This document shows positions 35,957 to 47,573 of a DNA stretch of 64,000 nucleotides, piece after piece. The DNA is from Heteronotia binoei. Taxonomy: Eukaryota. A model generated the notes under the pieces. That model was not told where the DNA came from. It did no database searches and worked only from the letters and a program-made list of their open reading frames with translations. Position 1 is the stretch's first letter; each line of letters starts with the position of its first letter. The stretch covers positions 69,750,001-69,814,000 of the forward strand of contig NC_083232.1 in NCBI RefSeq assembly GCF_032191835.1, given 5' to 3'. The position numbers and the translations under genes are program-made.

Positions 35957-36815
35957 CTGAATTACAAGTTATTACAACACTCAGGACAATAAAGCCCCCA
36001 GGGCTTAACAGAGATATTAGTTTCTTATCTCACCACTCATGCTAAGTCACTTAGGTCTCACTTGTACCCAGAAATAAACTTTATTGGTCTTAAAAGTGTC
36101 ATTGGACTCAAACTTAGTTCTTATATCTGTTGGTAACTCTTTTATTATCTATATATCACTTTGCTGCTAGCCACAAATCTTACCGAATGCATTATTCAAA
36201 TCTTAGCTGTCTTTATGGCTGTTACTTCTATTAACTCTTTTATTGTCTGTATGCCAAATTGCTGCTATCCACAATTTTTATCAAATGTGTTATTCCAATC
36301 TTAAGTATATTTATTGCTCAGTTACTTATGCATTTTGACTCTAATTAGGCCTTCCTGGCAACTATCCTTCTCTACCTATATGTAACATTTGAGGGAATAT
36401 ATCTGAAGGAGTGTGCATATCTACATATGCCAAGTCTCTCATTTATTCCTGATACCCAAAATTGAACTTTGTTGGAGATGGCAATGCCTTGGGACTCAAA
36501 TTTTGTCTACACATCTGTTTGTTAACTCTGGTATTTATATGCTAATTTACTGCTATTCACAGATTTTACCAACCACCTTAATCCAATCTCAGCTATTATT
36601 GCTGCCCAGTTACTTATGCATCTTGACTTTAACTAGTCCTTTCCGGGAACTACTACCACCACCACCCCTCCCCCCTTATGTATGTGAGGAAATCTGTTTC
36701 AATGTATCTGAAGAAGTGTGCATGCACATGAAAGCTTATACCTTGAATAAAACTTTGTTGGTCTTGGTGACCCTGGACTCAAGCTTTGTTCTGCTGCTTC
36801 AGACCAACACATGAA
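35957..36815 (+). mobile_element. 5'-truncated Penelope-like element: last ORF codons (stop 36043-36045) plus tandemly repeated 3' UTR/pLTR
   Basis: Roughly 80% identical by eye to 30045-30200 (ELQVITTLRT...GLNRD..LSH..C*). The aaactttgttggtctt-like motif recurs at 36076, 36464 and 36750. Confidence 0.85.
36704..36741 (+). ncRNA. Minimal type I hammerhead ribozyme (Penelope pLTR), intact core
   Basis: GUAU CUGAAGA A GUGUGCAUGCACAU GAAA GCU U AUAC. Perfect 4-bp stem I, palindromic stem III, CUU triplet (after 36737). Confidence 0.8.
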
Positions 36816-36979
36816 TTGTGTGGGGCTTACTTTTGAGTGAACATCCACAGGACTGTGCCCAAGCAGCGCTCTGTTAAACAAAAAACATTATTCTTCTGTG
36901 GTCTGGCTTTGGCCAGCGCACCTGAGCAGTCACAAATGAACACGTAGCTAGTCAGCAGCAATCACTGGAAACTTCAAGC

Positions 36980-37280
36980 GCCTCAACCTGCCTGCAAACC
37001 GACCCGTCACCTCAAAGAGAAAGGAGGAAGACTGCAACGGGACCTTCTGCCAATCAGAAGCGTCGGCGACGGCAGCTGAAACATTCTCAGCCAATGAACA
37101 TCGCCATCGCCGACTGTACGGGTTGCTGCTTGCTCTTTGCGAGAGGTCAGCCGCGGTTGCTGCCGTGAGGAAGGAAGAGGCGAGCGGGAACTGGAGGCTG
37201 TAGGTTGGGGTTCAACGGGGGAGGAGGGGAGTCTCGAGTCCGAGAAGGGGCGGCCTGGGCTTGGCCCCACAGGCTCTGAA
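36980..37280 (+). promoter_or_regulatory. GGCT: GGCT promoter / small CpG island with two CCAAT boxes and probable non-coding exon 1
   Basis: CpG-rich patch with CCAAT at 37050-37054 and 37091-37095, and a donor-like GCC|GTGAGG at 37164/37165. The first coding exon downstream has its own splice acceptor, so it needs an upstream exon. Confidence 0.65.
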
Positions 37281-39400
37281 GAATGGGGAGGAGGGGGCTG
37301 CATATTGCAAGGGGAAGGTGCATTCTTGGAAGGGTAACTTGGTCTCTCGGGAGGGGGTTATATTTGGGACATCTTGGAGGAATCAGTAACCTTGAGGATA
37401 CAGGACATGTGGGAAGGGGTCTGAACAGAAGAGGAGGGGTAGAATTTTTGTGTAGAAAAAGTACTGCCTGTCATGTATAAATTTAATATGATCAGAACTT
37501 CAACTCAACTATCTAATCTAAAGGAGAGGATAAGGGGGGGGGGGAGCTAGTACGGTCCACCAAATAAATAGGCGCATATTCTGGCTTGACTGAATAAACT
37601 AGCCCCAAACATGACAGCCCTCATTAAAGCAATTGGTTTGTAGTTTACTGGGCCTCTACTGAGAAAATTCTCTCCAGAGTGACTTGTGATTGAAGACAAG
37701 AGCATCAGAAGAGATCTGTGTGCCCAGTCTTAAAAAGTGGGATGGTGAAGATGTATGAGAGAAAGCCCTCCCTTGAGAACTGAGAGGTTTTGGCTCAAGA
37801 AATGTTTGGATTCAGAAGGGCAGTTCTTGAGAGCATGTGATAGAATTTGTATGTTTCTGAAACTTTAGATAACGGACATAACAACAATATGGGAATGAGA
37901 ATGCTTAAAAAGGTTTGTGATGATTCTGATAGGAGACATTGGGCAAATTTTAACCAGCTACCTGAAACAAGTGCCAAATGTGCACATTTACATTGACTGT
38001 CTGAAATTTGTGAAATCAAATTAATGGTGATGTGCCCCTTCTTCCCCACAAAAAACCGACAACCACCCAGGGAAATGCAGTTAGTGATTCCTTTACTAGG
38101 TATTGCCAGCCATTCCACAAAAGCACAGTTACAAAGATTCTATGGCTCGATATCTATTCATTTATACCCTGCCTTCTCCCCGGTGGCTTACATTTCTCCC
38201 ACCTAAAGTGACTTACATTGATCTCCTTTTCTCCATTTTATCCTCACAGCAACTCTGTAGGATAAGATAGGCTGAGGGTGTATGACTGGCCAAGGTCACC
38301 CTGGCACTTTCATGGCACAATGGGGCTTTGAACCTTGTTCTATGATGACAAATTGATTTACATTTAGGGTAGGGTTGGCAGGTCCGCTGTGGCCACCAGC
38401 AAGGGATGGGGGAGTAGGGTGGCCAGACCCAGGTTGCGAACTTCTGGAGATTTGGGGATGGAGCCTGGGGAGGACAGGTACCTCAATGGGGTACAATGGC
38501 ACAAACTCCACCCTCCAAAGCACCCATTTTCTCCAAGGAAACTGATCTCTGTAGCCTGGAGATGAGCTGTAATGCAGGAGAATCCCCAAGTCCTACCTGG
38601 AGGCTGGCATCCCTAATTTTGGTTACCATCTTGTCAAAGATGATGGAGATAACTTAGCATTTATATGTTTGAATTGATTCATACTGGAAAGCACTATAGA
38701 TGGAAGGGAGAGGAGTGAAAGCATGGCTAAAGCCTTTGCTGCCTCAGTCAAACTAGATCAAGTCTGATTAGGAAGCAGTTCTTTGGGCCTATCTACACAA
38801 GCTGCACATCACCAAAGGAGAATACTTATCTCCCAAATACCCATTCCTCTGAACCATATAAATTAATATAAATAAAACGATTGATTGAACCAGTGACAAG
38901 AACTGTGCAATACATATTGCAGGGATGATCTCCAGTGCCCATGTTAGTCTCTGGGCAGAGGCATGTTTCATCTTAGATAGGAGCACTTTCTCCTTTCCCT
39001 CTTGCATACACACAAAACTGCTTTTCACTTTTGCACTGCAAACTCCCCAGTCTTTAGCTTGCCTCCTTTTGCACTGCAGGGATACAGTTTGCTTTAGAAT
39101 CTGCAAAACTCCTTCCTCCACTGTAGTTGCTGTTCTAAGAGAGAGCTTTTTGTGTTTCAAGGGTTATTATTAGGTTATTTTCTTCCTAGGGGGAAACGGG
39201 TGGAGAGGAACTCCACCAAGGGACAAGAAATTTCCAAAGCATCAGCAGAGCAGCAAGGAGAAATATTTTGTCCATTAACAGCCTGAACAAAGGTAAATGC
39301 TGAGGCGCTCTGGAAAAACAGCTCAGCGGTATTTTCATAGACCAAGTCCTGCCCTAACAAATAAGTGCACTTTCCTTTCCCCAGAGTTCCTCTCTGGTCG

Positions 39401-39568
39401 ATGGAAACCCTCAAGAATTGTGCTTGTGCTGGATCAGGTGGCAACTTGGGAGACTGTAACTCTAAGGAAAAACATTTCCTCTATTTTGCCTATGGCAGTA
39501 ACTTGTTGCGGGAGAGGATAACATTAAGAAACCCATCTGCAGCTTTTCATGGCATAGGAAAGTTACAG
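39401..39568 (+). CDS. GGCT: Gamma-glutamylcyclotransferase coding exon 1 (exon starts 39385)
   Basis: METLKNCACAGSGGNLGDCNSKEKHFLYFAYGSNLLRERITLRNPSAAFHGIGKLQ matches human FLYFAYGSNLLTERIHLRNPSAAF. Acceptor tttcctttccccag, donor CAG|gttggt. Confidence 0.95.
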
Positions 39569-40849
39569 GTTGGTCCTATTTTTGTTTTTCTTTTTACATA
39601 TGTTGAAGACACTTGGCTATTTAATTTGAGACTGCTGTAAATGGGAGATGTGTGATCATGAACAAATGTTTGCCTAACAAAAAAGGAACTTCTGGGCTTC
39701 TTGAAAAAAGATGGGATAAAAATTTAGTAAATATATAAGGTTACTTTTAATCCTATTGATCTTTTTGCAGTTCTTATAGTGAAAGTAGCTAATAAGATAT
39801 GGTCATTTGGGATTTGAAAGCCAAATATGTTGGCACCTAGAGGGCAACAACACAACTGTTATTAGCTTGCCTGGAGACTGTAAATATACTAAGTGGGGGT
39901 TCTGGATCAGCTTTGGGATCTTAGAATATAGCTCATTTCTGGTAAAGCTGAAGACTGCTTTCAACCTACACAGAAGTTTTACTCCAATTCGGCATTCAGA
40001 CTGGAGGGAATTTTTTCATTTGTTTTTGATTTTTTAGCATCCACGTGAAGCTGTCCCCTAACTGTCCACTCTCCATGTATTCCCCTGCTTTGCATCCATA
40101 ATTTCCAAACATGATTTGATAATGATCTTTTCAAATCACGTTTAAATGCTGTGTGGGACAGGAAAGTTGGTATTGCTGGTTCTACCCACATCTGTCCCAT
40201 TTTCTGCACCACCATAGCCGCCATTTCCCCCACGCCAGTGGAATTTCACAGAGGGTGGTTTTTTTAAAAAAAAATCTAACAGACATGTTGAGCTAGCTTA
40301 AAATTGGTAACTGACTGTTGCTTAATACTATAACTATACATTAATTTCTGTGATTTTTTTAAAAGGCTGAAAAAACCCTACAGTGGCACAGGATGGGGGG
40401 AATGGTGGACATGGGGGCCAGGGACAAGGAAAATGTGGGGGAAACTGACTATATGGACTCCGCATTGCCACTGAGAATGCCTCTGCATTTGCTGCAGCAG
40501 CAGAAGAAGAAGGAAGATGGAAAACTGGCTGTGTGGATGCAGCCAAATAATATTATTCTTTTATATCTTGCATTTTGTTTTATTTGGTCAGTTATCAAAT
40601 TGAAGCTAAATCAGGCACATGACAAGGGAAGTGATTTGTTTGTCCTCTGGTATTCAGCTGATTCTTCATGAACTTTGTTTCAATTAAATCAGTGATAGGA
40701 AGACTGGAAAGGTATCTGTGTGTTGTGATGTTCTATCTCTTGTATTGTTTGTAATATTGTAAGACAGCTGGAATGCTCAGAAAGGATGGGATTGAAACAA
40801 AGCCAGTAAATAAATAGGCAGAGACTGATGGTTTCTATTTAATTCACAG

Positions 40850-40995
40850 GATTACAAGCTTGCTTTTGGCTCTCCTCAAGGGAAACAGAGTTTGACCTGG
40901 CATGGAAGTACGGCCACTATTCTACACAGTCCTGGTGATGAAGTCTGGGGAATAGTGTGGCTAATGAACAGTTGTGATTTAAGTTCTCTGGACAA
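40850..40995 (+). CDS. GGCT: GGCT coding exon 2 (146 nt)
   Basis: DYKLAFGSPQGKQSLTWHGSTATILHSPGDEVWGIVWLMNSCDLSSLD versus human DFKLDFGNSQGKTSQTWHGGIATIFQSPGDEVWGVVW. Splice sites cacag| and |gtaagt. Confidence 0.96.
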
Positions 40996-43509
40996 GTAAG
41001 TGGATTTATTTCATTCATACTTTACATTTCTCCCTAACTGGGCACCCAAGATGGTTTACATAATTATCCTCTCCTCCATTTTATCCTCACAATGATCCTG
41101 TGAGATGGGTTAGGTTAAGTGTACAAAACACTGACTTAAGGTCACCCACAAACCTTCCAGAGTGGGGATTTGAACTTGGGTCTCTCAGATTGTAGTTGGA
41201 CACTAATCACTACACCCCACAGGCTTCTGACAGTTTATTAATGGTGGTCTTCTGTGTGTTCTGTTGTAAGGTGTCAATTCTTTGCCAAAACAATTGTCAA
41301 CACTAAGATGATACTTTAAATATTGTAGTGTAGAAAGAATATTGCATTGATCTGAATGGCTAGCTTTGTAATAATAATTTAAAGTTGTGTATGTGTAAAG
41401 TGCCATCGAGTCCTAGCCAACTTATGGTGACCCCAGCAAGTGCCTTTCAAGGCAAGTGAGGTTGTTTGCCATTGCCTGCCTCCGCAGAGTTTTCCTTGGA
41501 GGTCTCCCTTCCAAAAATTGGCCCTGCTTAGCTTTCAAGATCAGCCTGTAGACCATGCCACTTTCTCTCCAAATTTAAAGCCGCATAACAGAATTTTTTT
41601 TTTAAATCTCGTTGCGTGTTCTATTAAATCTCAAAACTTCACTTTAAAAAATAGAAACAGCATCCTAAACTCTTGCAGAGCATGATTTAATCAGAGCTGG
41701 GTTTCATCTTGGATTTTTGCTGCAAGAGGCATAGGGTACACAGTCAAAGACAAAGGCAGCATAAGGAATTTTGTTTCATAAAAAGGTCTCTCCTTTGTGT
41801 GCTTTCGCATGATACTTCTATTTGGCAGCAGTTGTGGAGCAATGGGGAGGATTCTGTTAAAGGGGAACTTTCTGCTGCAGAGGTTCTGAGGTATCACCCC
41901 TGTTTGGCATGATGGCACTTGCTTTCTTGTGCCAGTATGACTTGGTCTCTATATGAGTAGTCAGAACAGGAGTCTTCTCCTTACTCCATCCCCCAGGAAG
42001 ATCTCTATGTCTTTGTAAGTGTTAGGACTAGGAAGTATTGCAAATCAAATTGATTGTCTTTGCAAAGCTGATTATAGTGCTGAATAGGTGTTCTGATGAA
42101 TAATCTACGGTTGGAGTCCTCATTGAGCCTGATGGCAGTTTTGGAGAACAGCCACACAAAGGCCACCGTGAAGGCTGCGGCCAGTTTCCAAAAGGCTGCC
42201 AGAAACTGCTTGGGCCAATCAGAAAATACTGGAAGGTTGCAAGCCAAGTGTCTTCCTACAACAAAGGCAGCTGTTTCTGAATGGGTGGTTCCTGTAGGCA
42301 CAAAGGTGATGCCTCCTGCACCAATTCCTCACTAACAGTTGTTCTGCCCCTGGGCTTCTGGTTTCCCCAGCTCACATGATCAGTTCCCCACCAGTTGCTG
42401 CATGGGTGCATTTTGACCTACGACTCTCTCCTATTTCCCTCATGGCTTCCTGATCTCTAAAAAAACAAGACCAAAAATGGCTAACCACCATTCAGATCAC
42501 TGTCTGAAACCTTGATACCAGTATAAGTAGATGTTTTTTGAAATTTTTATGTTTTATGTTTTTATTGTTTTATTTTATTTGGTCACACAATGTAACTGTG
42601 TGACCTCAAATTTGTGAGCCGCCTGAGCCTGCCTTGGCGGGGAGGGTGGGATATAAATTAAATAATAATAAAAAAGCCACAAGGGAAGTTGGAAGGAGCT
42701 GCAGGTCAAAATGTGCCCGCACAGCAACTGGTGGGGAATCGATCACTTGAGCCAGGCAAAGCAAAAGCCCAGGGGCAGAGCAACCGCTAGTGAGGAACTG
42801 GTCCTGGTTTCTTCTGAAAGGCCAGGACTGGCTATGTGCTTTATGGACAAAGTAAATGCACCCCAGGAAACCCATCAGAAGCATCAAGTTGAGCATCACT
42901 TATCTAAGGTGGCATATGAGCACATTACAGGTTTGAATATGGGCTTCTGCATATTCTTGCAGATAATTTGGGGTGTACCAATCTAGAAAGTGAAAGATTT
43001 GTAGGAGACAGTATTTCCTTCTGGCAAGGGTAGTGTCATTAATAGTCAGTGTCCTATGACTCATTTCTTGAAATGACTGGCTTCTGTTAAAATCAGTTTT
43101 GTGGGGGTTTTGAGCATGGATGAGGTTGCACAATGTACATCCAGACCACCAGCATGCAAACACTCTGTTGATCCTTTCTCTATCCACTCAGGAGATTAGA
43201 GAACTAACAGGGTCATCACAAGTGGCACAGTGCTAATGAGCTGTTCTCGCTGTTAAATATTGCATAACTTTATTTATTCCTCTTTCACTTCCAGTTCAAC
43301 ATTAAATTTTGCAGCTAGCAGCACATAAAGCTGCTGTTGAGACACAGCCTAGTTGCATAAATGTAGGTGTTGCTGGCATTCTAAGTGTTAGAAATTGCTG
43401 GGAAATATACTGTTAAACTTTGTCTCATATACAACACTTTAAATAGATAAATTATTGCATTTGTTTTCTTGGTCATGATTTGATGTGAAAGGTGTGACTT
43501 CTGTTTCAG

Positions 43510-43645
43510 ACAAGAGGGAGTTGAAAGTGGTCTTTATGCCCCAATGGAAATCAGCGTCAACACACAAGAAGGGAAAACACTAAGATGTCGATGTTATCAG
43601 ATGAATGACTATGTTCATAATCTTCCTTCTCCACACTACAAAAAA
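43510..43645 (+). CDS. GGCT: GGCT coding exon 3 (136 nt), includes the catalytic Glu
   Basis: (K)QEGVESGLYAPMEISVNTQEGKTLRCRCYQMNDYVHNLPSPHYKK. The QEG Glu corresponds to human E98. Splice sites ttcag| and |gtatgt. Confidence 0.96.
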
Positions 43646-45015
43646 GTATGTATTCTTTGTCATCTTAACAATGCAGCCCTAAACAGAGTAACACTCTTCT
43701 AAGTCCAGTGAAGTGAATGGGCTTAGAAGGGTGCAACTCTTTGTAGGATTGCATGAGAGAAAGGCTTGTACAGGAGGTGATAAGGAGAACCTTGTTCATC
43801 ATCTAGGACAGAGTTGTGCTTTGGTATTAGTTTTAGGAACTGAGCCAAGGAAAGAATTGGCCTGTGTCTGACAAGGAACCCCAACTCCTAAGATCTTAGT
43901 TACTGCTGTGCTATATGGCAGGCCGAAACAGAGAACATTTTTTTAACGTAACTATCTATCAAGAGACTATACTGTAGGTGTTCTAATTTCACACAGCAAA
44001 GATCTTGCCCAGATGTGTCCATGGAAGTCATGTCCATATTCCATGTTTTCTCACTGCTGCTTTGACACTGCAATTCCATTTTTGCTAAATACGATGTACA
44101 TGTCCCAACCAGTTTTCCCTCTAAGCTGAGTTAGTGTGAGCTAGCTCACAGATTTTTAGCCTCTAGCTCACACATTTTTGTCTTAGCTCAGGAAAATGGC
44201 CCCAGAGCACAATAATTTATGCAGTAGCTCACAACTTTAATATCAGTAGCTCACAAAGTAGAATTTTTGCTCACAAGACTCTGCAGCTTAGAGAGAACAT
44301 TGGTCCTAATGAATTCATAAAAATTGACACTGTTTTCATCACAAGTCTCCTTGGGCATCCTCAGTGTACCACAGAGGAGAATACTGAAATGCTTTTTGAA
44401 TAGCAAAGTCATCACTGGAAGGAAGGTAGCTCTGCCTTCCTTGCAGCCATTTCACTGTCAGTGGAGCACAGAAGGGTAGTTCTTTCCCCATTGCCAAACT
44501 TGAGCAGGATCCAATCTGGCATGAAGATGAGGTGAGCTTGCAACACCTTCCCACTCCTGTTCACTTGGGTGGGAAGCCACACAGAGGCGAGGAAGGAGAG
44601 TGGAGGAGGCATGCCAGCAATGCTGGAGAGATTCGCCAGTCATGTTAATTTGCCCCACATGCGTGTTGAATGCTTGGAACAAGCTGAACCTGCAAGATCT
44701 GTTCCTAGCCTTTGGCAATGTCGCTGCATGTCTTGAATGGTTTGGGAGATGCTTAATTGCACACACAGCCCACAACATATTACTCGTTTGCAGCTACAGT
44801 GTGTGGATGCTGGAGCCAAAAGTAAGCTATTAGAATAAAAGGTTACTTTTTTTGAGTCTTGCAGTTAAACCTCCAGCTTGGGACTTTTACTGTTTTGAGA
44901 GTTGTCTGCCAGTCAAGGTTAACAGCGCTGTCCTAAACAGATAGCCTACTGTGCTCTGGCCACCCAGGTCTTGATCACAGAAGCTAAGCAGGGTTGGCCC
45001 TCATTGGTACCTGGA

Positions 45016-45761
45016 TGTCATGGGTCAGTCAGGAAGAGAGGAGTCCTGTGTAGTCAGCAGCAGAAGCCGCAAGCAAGAAGAGCAACTGCAGCTTTGTCAA
45101 GAGTTCACAGCTGATGCAGAGCCACCAGCACCTTCCAGCCCTGTTCCAACAGATGAAACCCAGGTGGTTGTTGCCTGCCTTCCAGTTTCACCCACACCCT
45201 TTGAGCTCTAGAGATGAAGGCTTAGAATGGAGCTCCAGAAGAGAAGACAAAGCACATATCTCCTGGCCTGACACCAGCTGCTTGCTCATGATGAGTAGCT
45301 GCGGGGCTACTCCCAAGCAGATGACTACAAGAAAGCCCTTCCAGCAGATGCCTGTAAAAGACTGTATCTGAAGAAGTGTGTGTGTACATACGAAGCTTAT
45401 ACCTTGAATAAAACCTTGTTGGTCTTGCTAGTGGACTGTAACTTCATTCTGTTGCTTTAGACCAACACAGCTGCCCACCTGGATCTATAACAGCCAGTCA
45501 AGGGAGATTGCTCAATGTGGAAGCAACAAATCACCATCCAGTGGACTCCGCAATCAGAGCTCCTGATTCTGCTTGTGACTCCACTCCAGTGACCTTTGAA
45601 CCAGCTTTGGACTTGGATATCAGACCTGCTTGCTCTTGTATGCAACCTTGGACTGCTAGACTTCGCTTTCTGGACCACACTTTGAATTGGCCCTGCTCTT
45701 TGGCAACTAACCCTCTGGACTGAATCTTGACTCTCACTCAACTTGCATCTCAACTGTGACG
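45016..45761 (+). mobile_element. Probable Gypsy-type solo LTR in GGCT intron 3, splitting a 5S-derived SINE
   Basis: Begins TGTCA and ends TGAC(G). The 5S-like sequence ...tacctggatg resumes as gagtgactactaaggaagtcc after it. A TATA-like tataacagcc and gacct/ggac-type internal repeats are present. TSD not clear. Confidence 0.5.
45364..45490 (+). mobile_element. Solo Penelope pLTR with defective hammerhead (GAA instead of GAAA)
   Basis: GUAU CUGAAGA A GUGUGUGUGUACAUAC GAA GCUU AUAC then cttgaataaaaccttgttggtctt...gaccaacacagctgcccacctg, collinear with 36704-36810. Confidence 0.8.
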
Positions 45762-45769
45762 AGTGACTA

Positions 45770-46245
45770 CTAAGGAAGTCCTGGATGACCTGAATGGGCC
45801 AGTCTTGTGAGTTCTCAGAAGTTAGGCAGGGTCAGCTCTTTTTAGTACTTGGAGGGGAGGCAACCAGGGAAGTCCTGGATGGCCTGGCTGTCCTGCATGG
45901 TCCAGACTAACCTGACCTTGGAAGTTAAGCAGGGTCAGCCTTAGATAGTACATGGATGGGAGGCTATTAAATAAGTCCAGGGTTGCTACCCGAGGCAGGC
46001 AATCGCAGACCATCTTTGGGTATCTCGCCTTGAAAGCCTACAGGGTCACCCTAACCTGGATAGCCCAGGCAAGTCCAGTCTGGTCAGATCGTGGAAGCTA
46101 AGCAGGGTTGACTCTGGCAAATACTTGGATGGCAGACCTCCTTGGAATGCCAGAGGCAGGGGCAGGCTCTATTCAGCCACCTCTCTAAATATCTTCCAGG
46201 CCCCCAGTAGGGGTCAGTCACCAGAGGTTACCATGTCTTCCAGGT
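45770..46245 (+). mobile_element. Three consecutive 5S-derived SINE heads
   Basis: gaagttaggcagggtcag..tagtacttgg, gaagttaagcagggtcag..tagtacatggatggg and gaagctaagcagggttg..aatacttggatgg, each matching the 5S box A/IE/box C region. Confidence 0.7.
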
Positions 46246-46252
46246 GCACACA

Positions 46253-46521
46253 GAAAGGCAGTCCCCTGCAAGCACCAGTCGTTTCCGTCTCTAGGGTGAC
46301 ATCGCATTACAATGTTTTCACCGCAGACTTTTTATGGGGTGGTTTGCCATTGCCTTCCTCAGTCATCTACATTTCCCCCCAGCAAGCTGGGTACTCATCG
46401 ACCTCGGAAGGATGGAAGGCTGAGTCAACCTTGAGCCAGCTACCTGAACCCAGCTTCTGCCGGGATCGAATTCAGGTTGTGAGCAGAGCTTAGGACTGCA
46501 GTGCTGCAGCTTTACCACCAC
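46253..46521 (-). mobile_element. Sauria SINE (Squam1)
   Basis: Reverse complement of the 49668-49964 copy. A partial copy lies at ~34490-34625. Confidence 0.85.
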
Positions 46522-47573
46522 ATACAAAATACAAAAAGAAAGAAAAGAAAACCCTGCAGGGTCGCCGTAAGTTGGCAGTGACTTGACGGCCCTTTCCACC
46601 CACATGCCAGTGTGGGCTTAGAAGGGTGTAACTTTGTTTAGGATGTCACTGTTAAGATTCAGTTCCCTTTTCTCAGTTGTGCTTCATGAACTTGTGAAGA
46701 AAAACATCCTCTTGGTTGCCACTAGATTCATTTCTCTGTCCTCAGTCTATTATTATCTGTATATTAAAGGACCAAACTGTTATTTTAAAATCCTTTGAGG
46801 CTATTTAATTTTTTTGCTGCAGTCAATGTCTGAATAATAGTCTGTTCATTTTTTAAAAATCACATCATGCTGAGGGTGCAACTTCTTGCAGCAATTAGAA
46901 ATACTTCTGCTGCTTTGTTTCTCTCTGACTAGAACTCCACATTTTGACAATGGTGACTGCAGATCTCTCTCTTTCAGTTGCTTCTCATAGCTTTAGCAAA
47001 TGTTGAAAATGGAAGAAATGAACTTTTTAAAAAGCATTGTTTAGGATATCTGCAAGGTAAATGGTGCTTTGTAAGCTGTAGGACAATCTACCGTTATCGT
47101 TTCAATATTTGTAAGGGATGGGACATACTTGCAGGTCCTCAGTGGAAGATGTTCTTTTCAATGCGACGAATCCAGTCAGCTTTTTCATTCAATGCTTCTT
47201 AATGCCTCTTCTTACTGCAGCCCCCAGCCCACATGGCTTTTATCCATGCAGGTCTTGTGATGATCACCAGAGTCTGTTTAACAGTTAAAAGGGCCATTTT
47301 TCCTCCCCTTTTCAGCAGTGGAAAAATGGCTGGATCTAACCAATTGTGACTGAAAACAGCCAGTTTTATTTTTCTGTCACATCTTGTTTAGTGGTAAGAC
47401 AGGAAAAACAGGTCAGCAGGTGGTGCACCCCCCCCCTTCAGGGGAAAAAAAAAGCAGCCACTACCGTCAAGCTGGCTACATCCCCCTCTGTCAGAGTGCT
47501 GAGATTGGAGGCAGTTAAGGGCCCCCCAATGTGGAACCCTGGGCAGCTGCACTTACTGGGCATTGGTTAAGAC

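Noticed and set aside
36404-36445. Hammerhead-like ctgaaggagtgtgcat in the middle tandem unit
   Set aside because: A9 is changed and GAAA is absent, so it is not called as a ribozyme. Used only as evidence of repeat homology.
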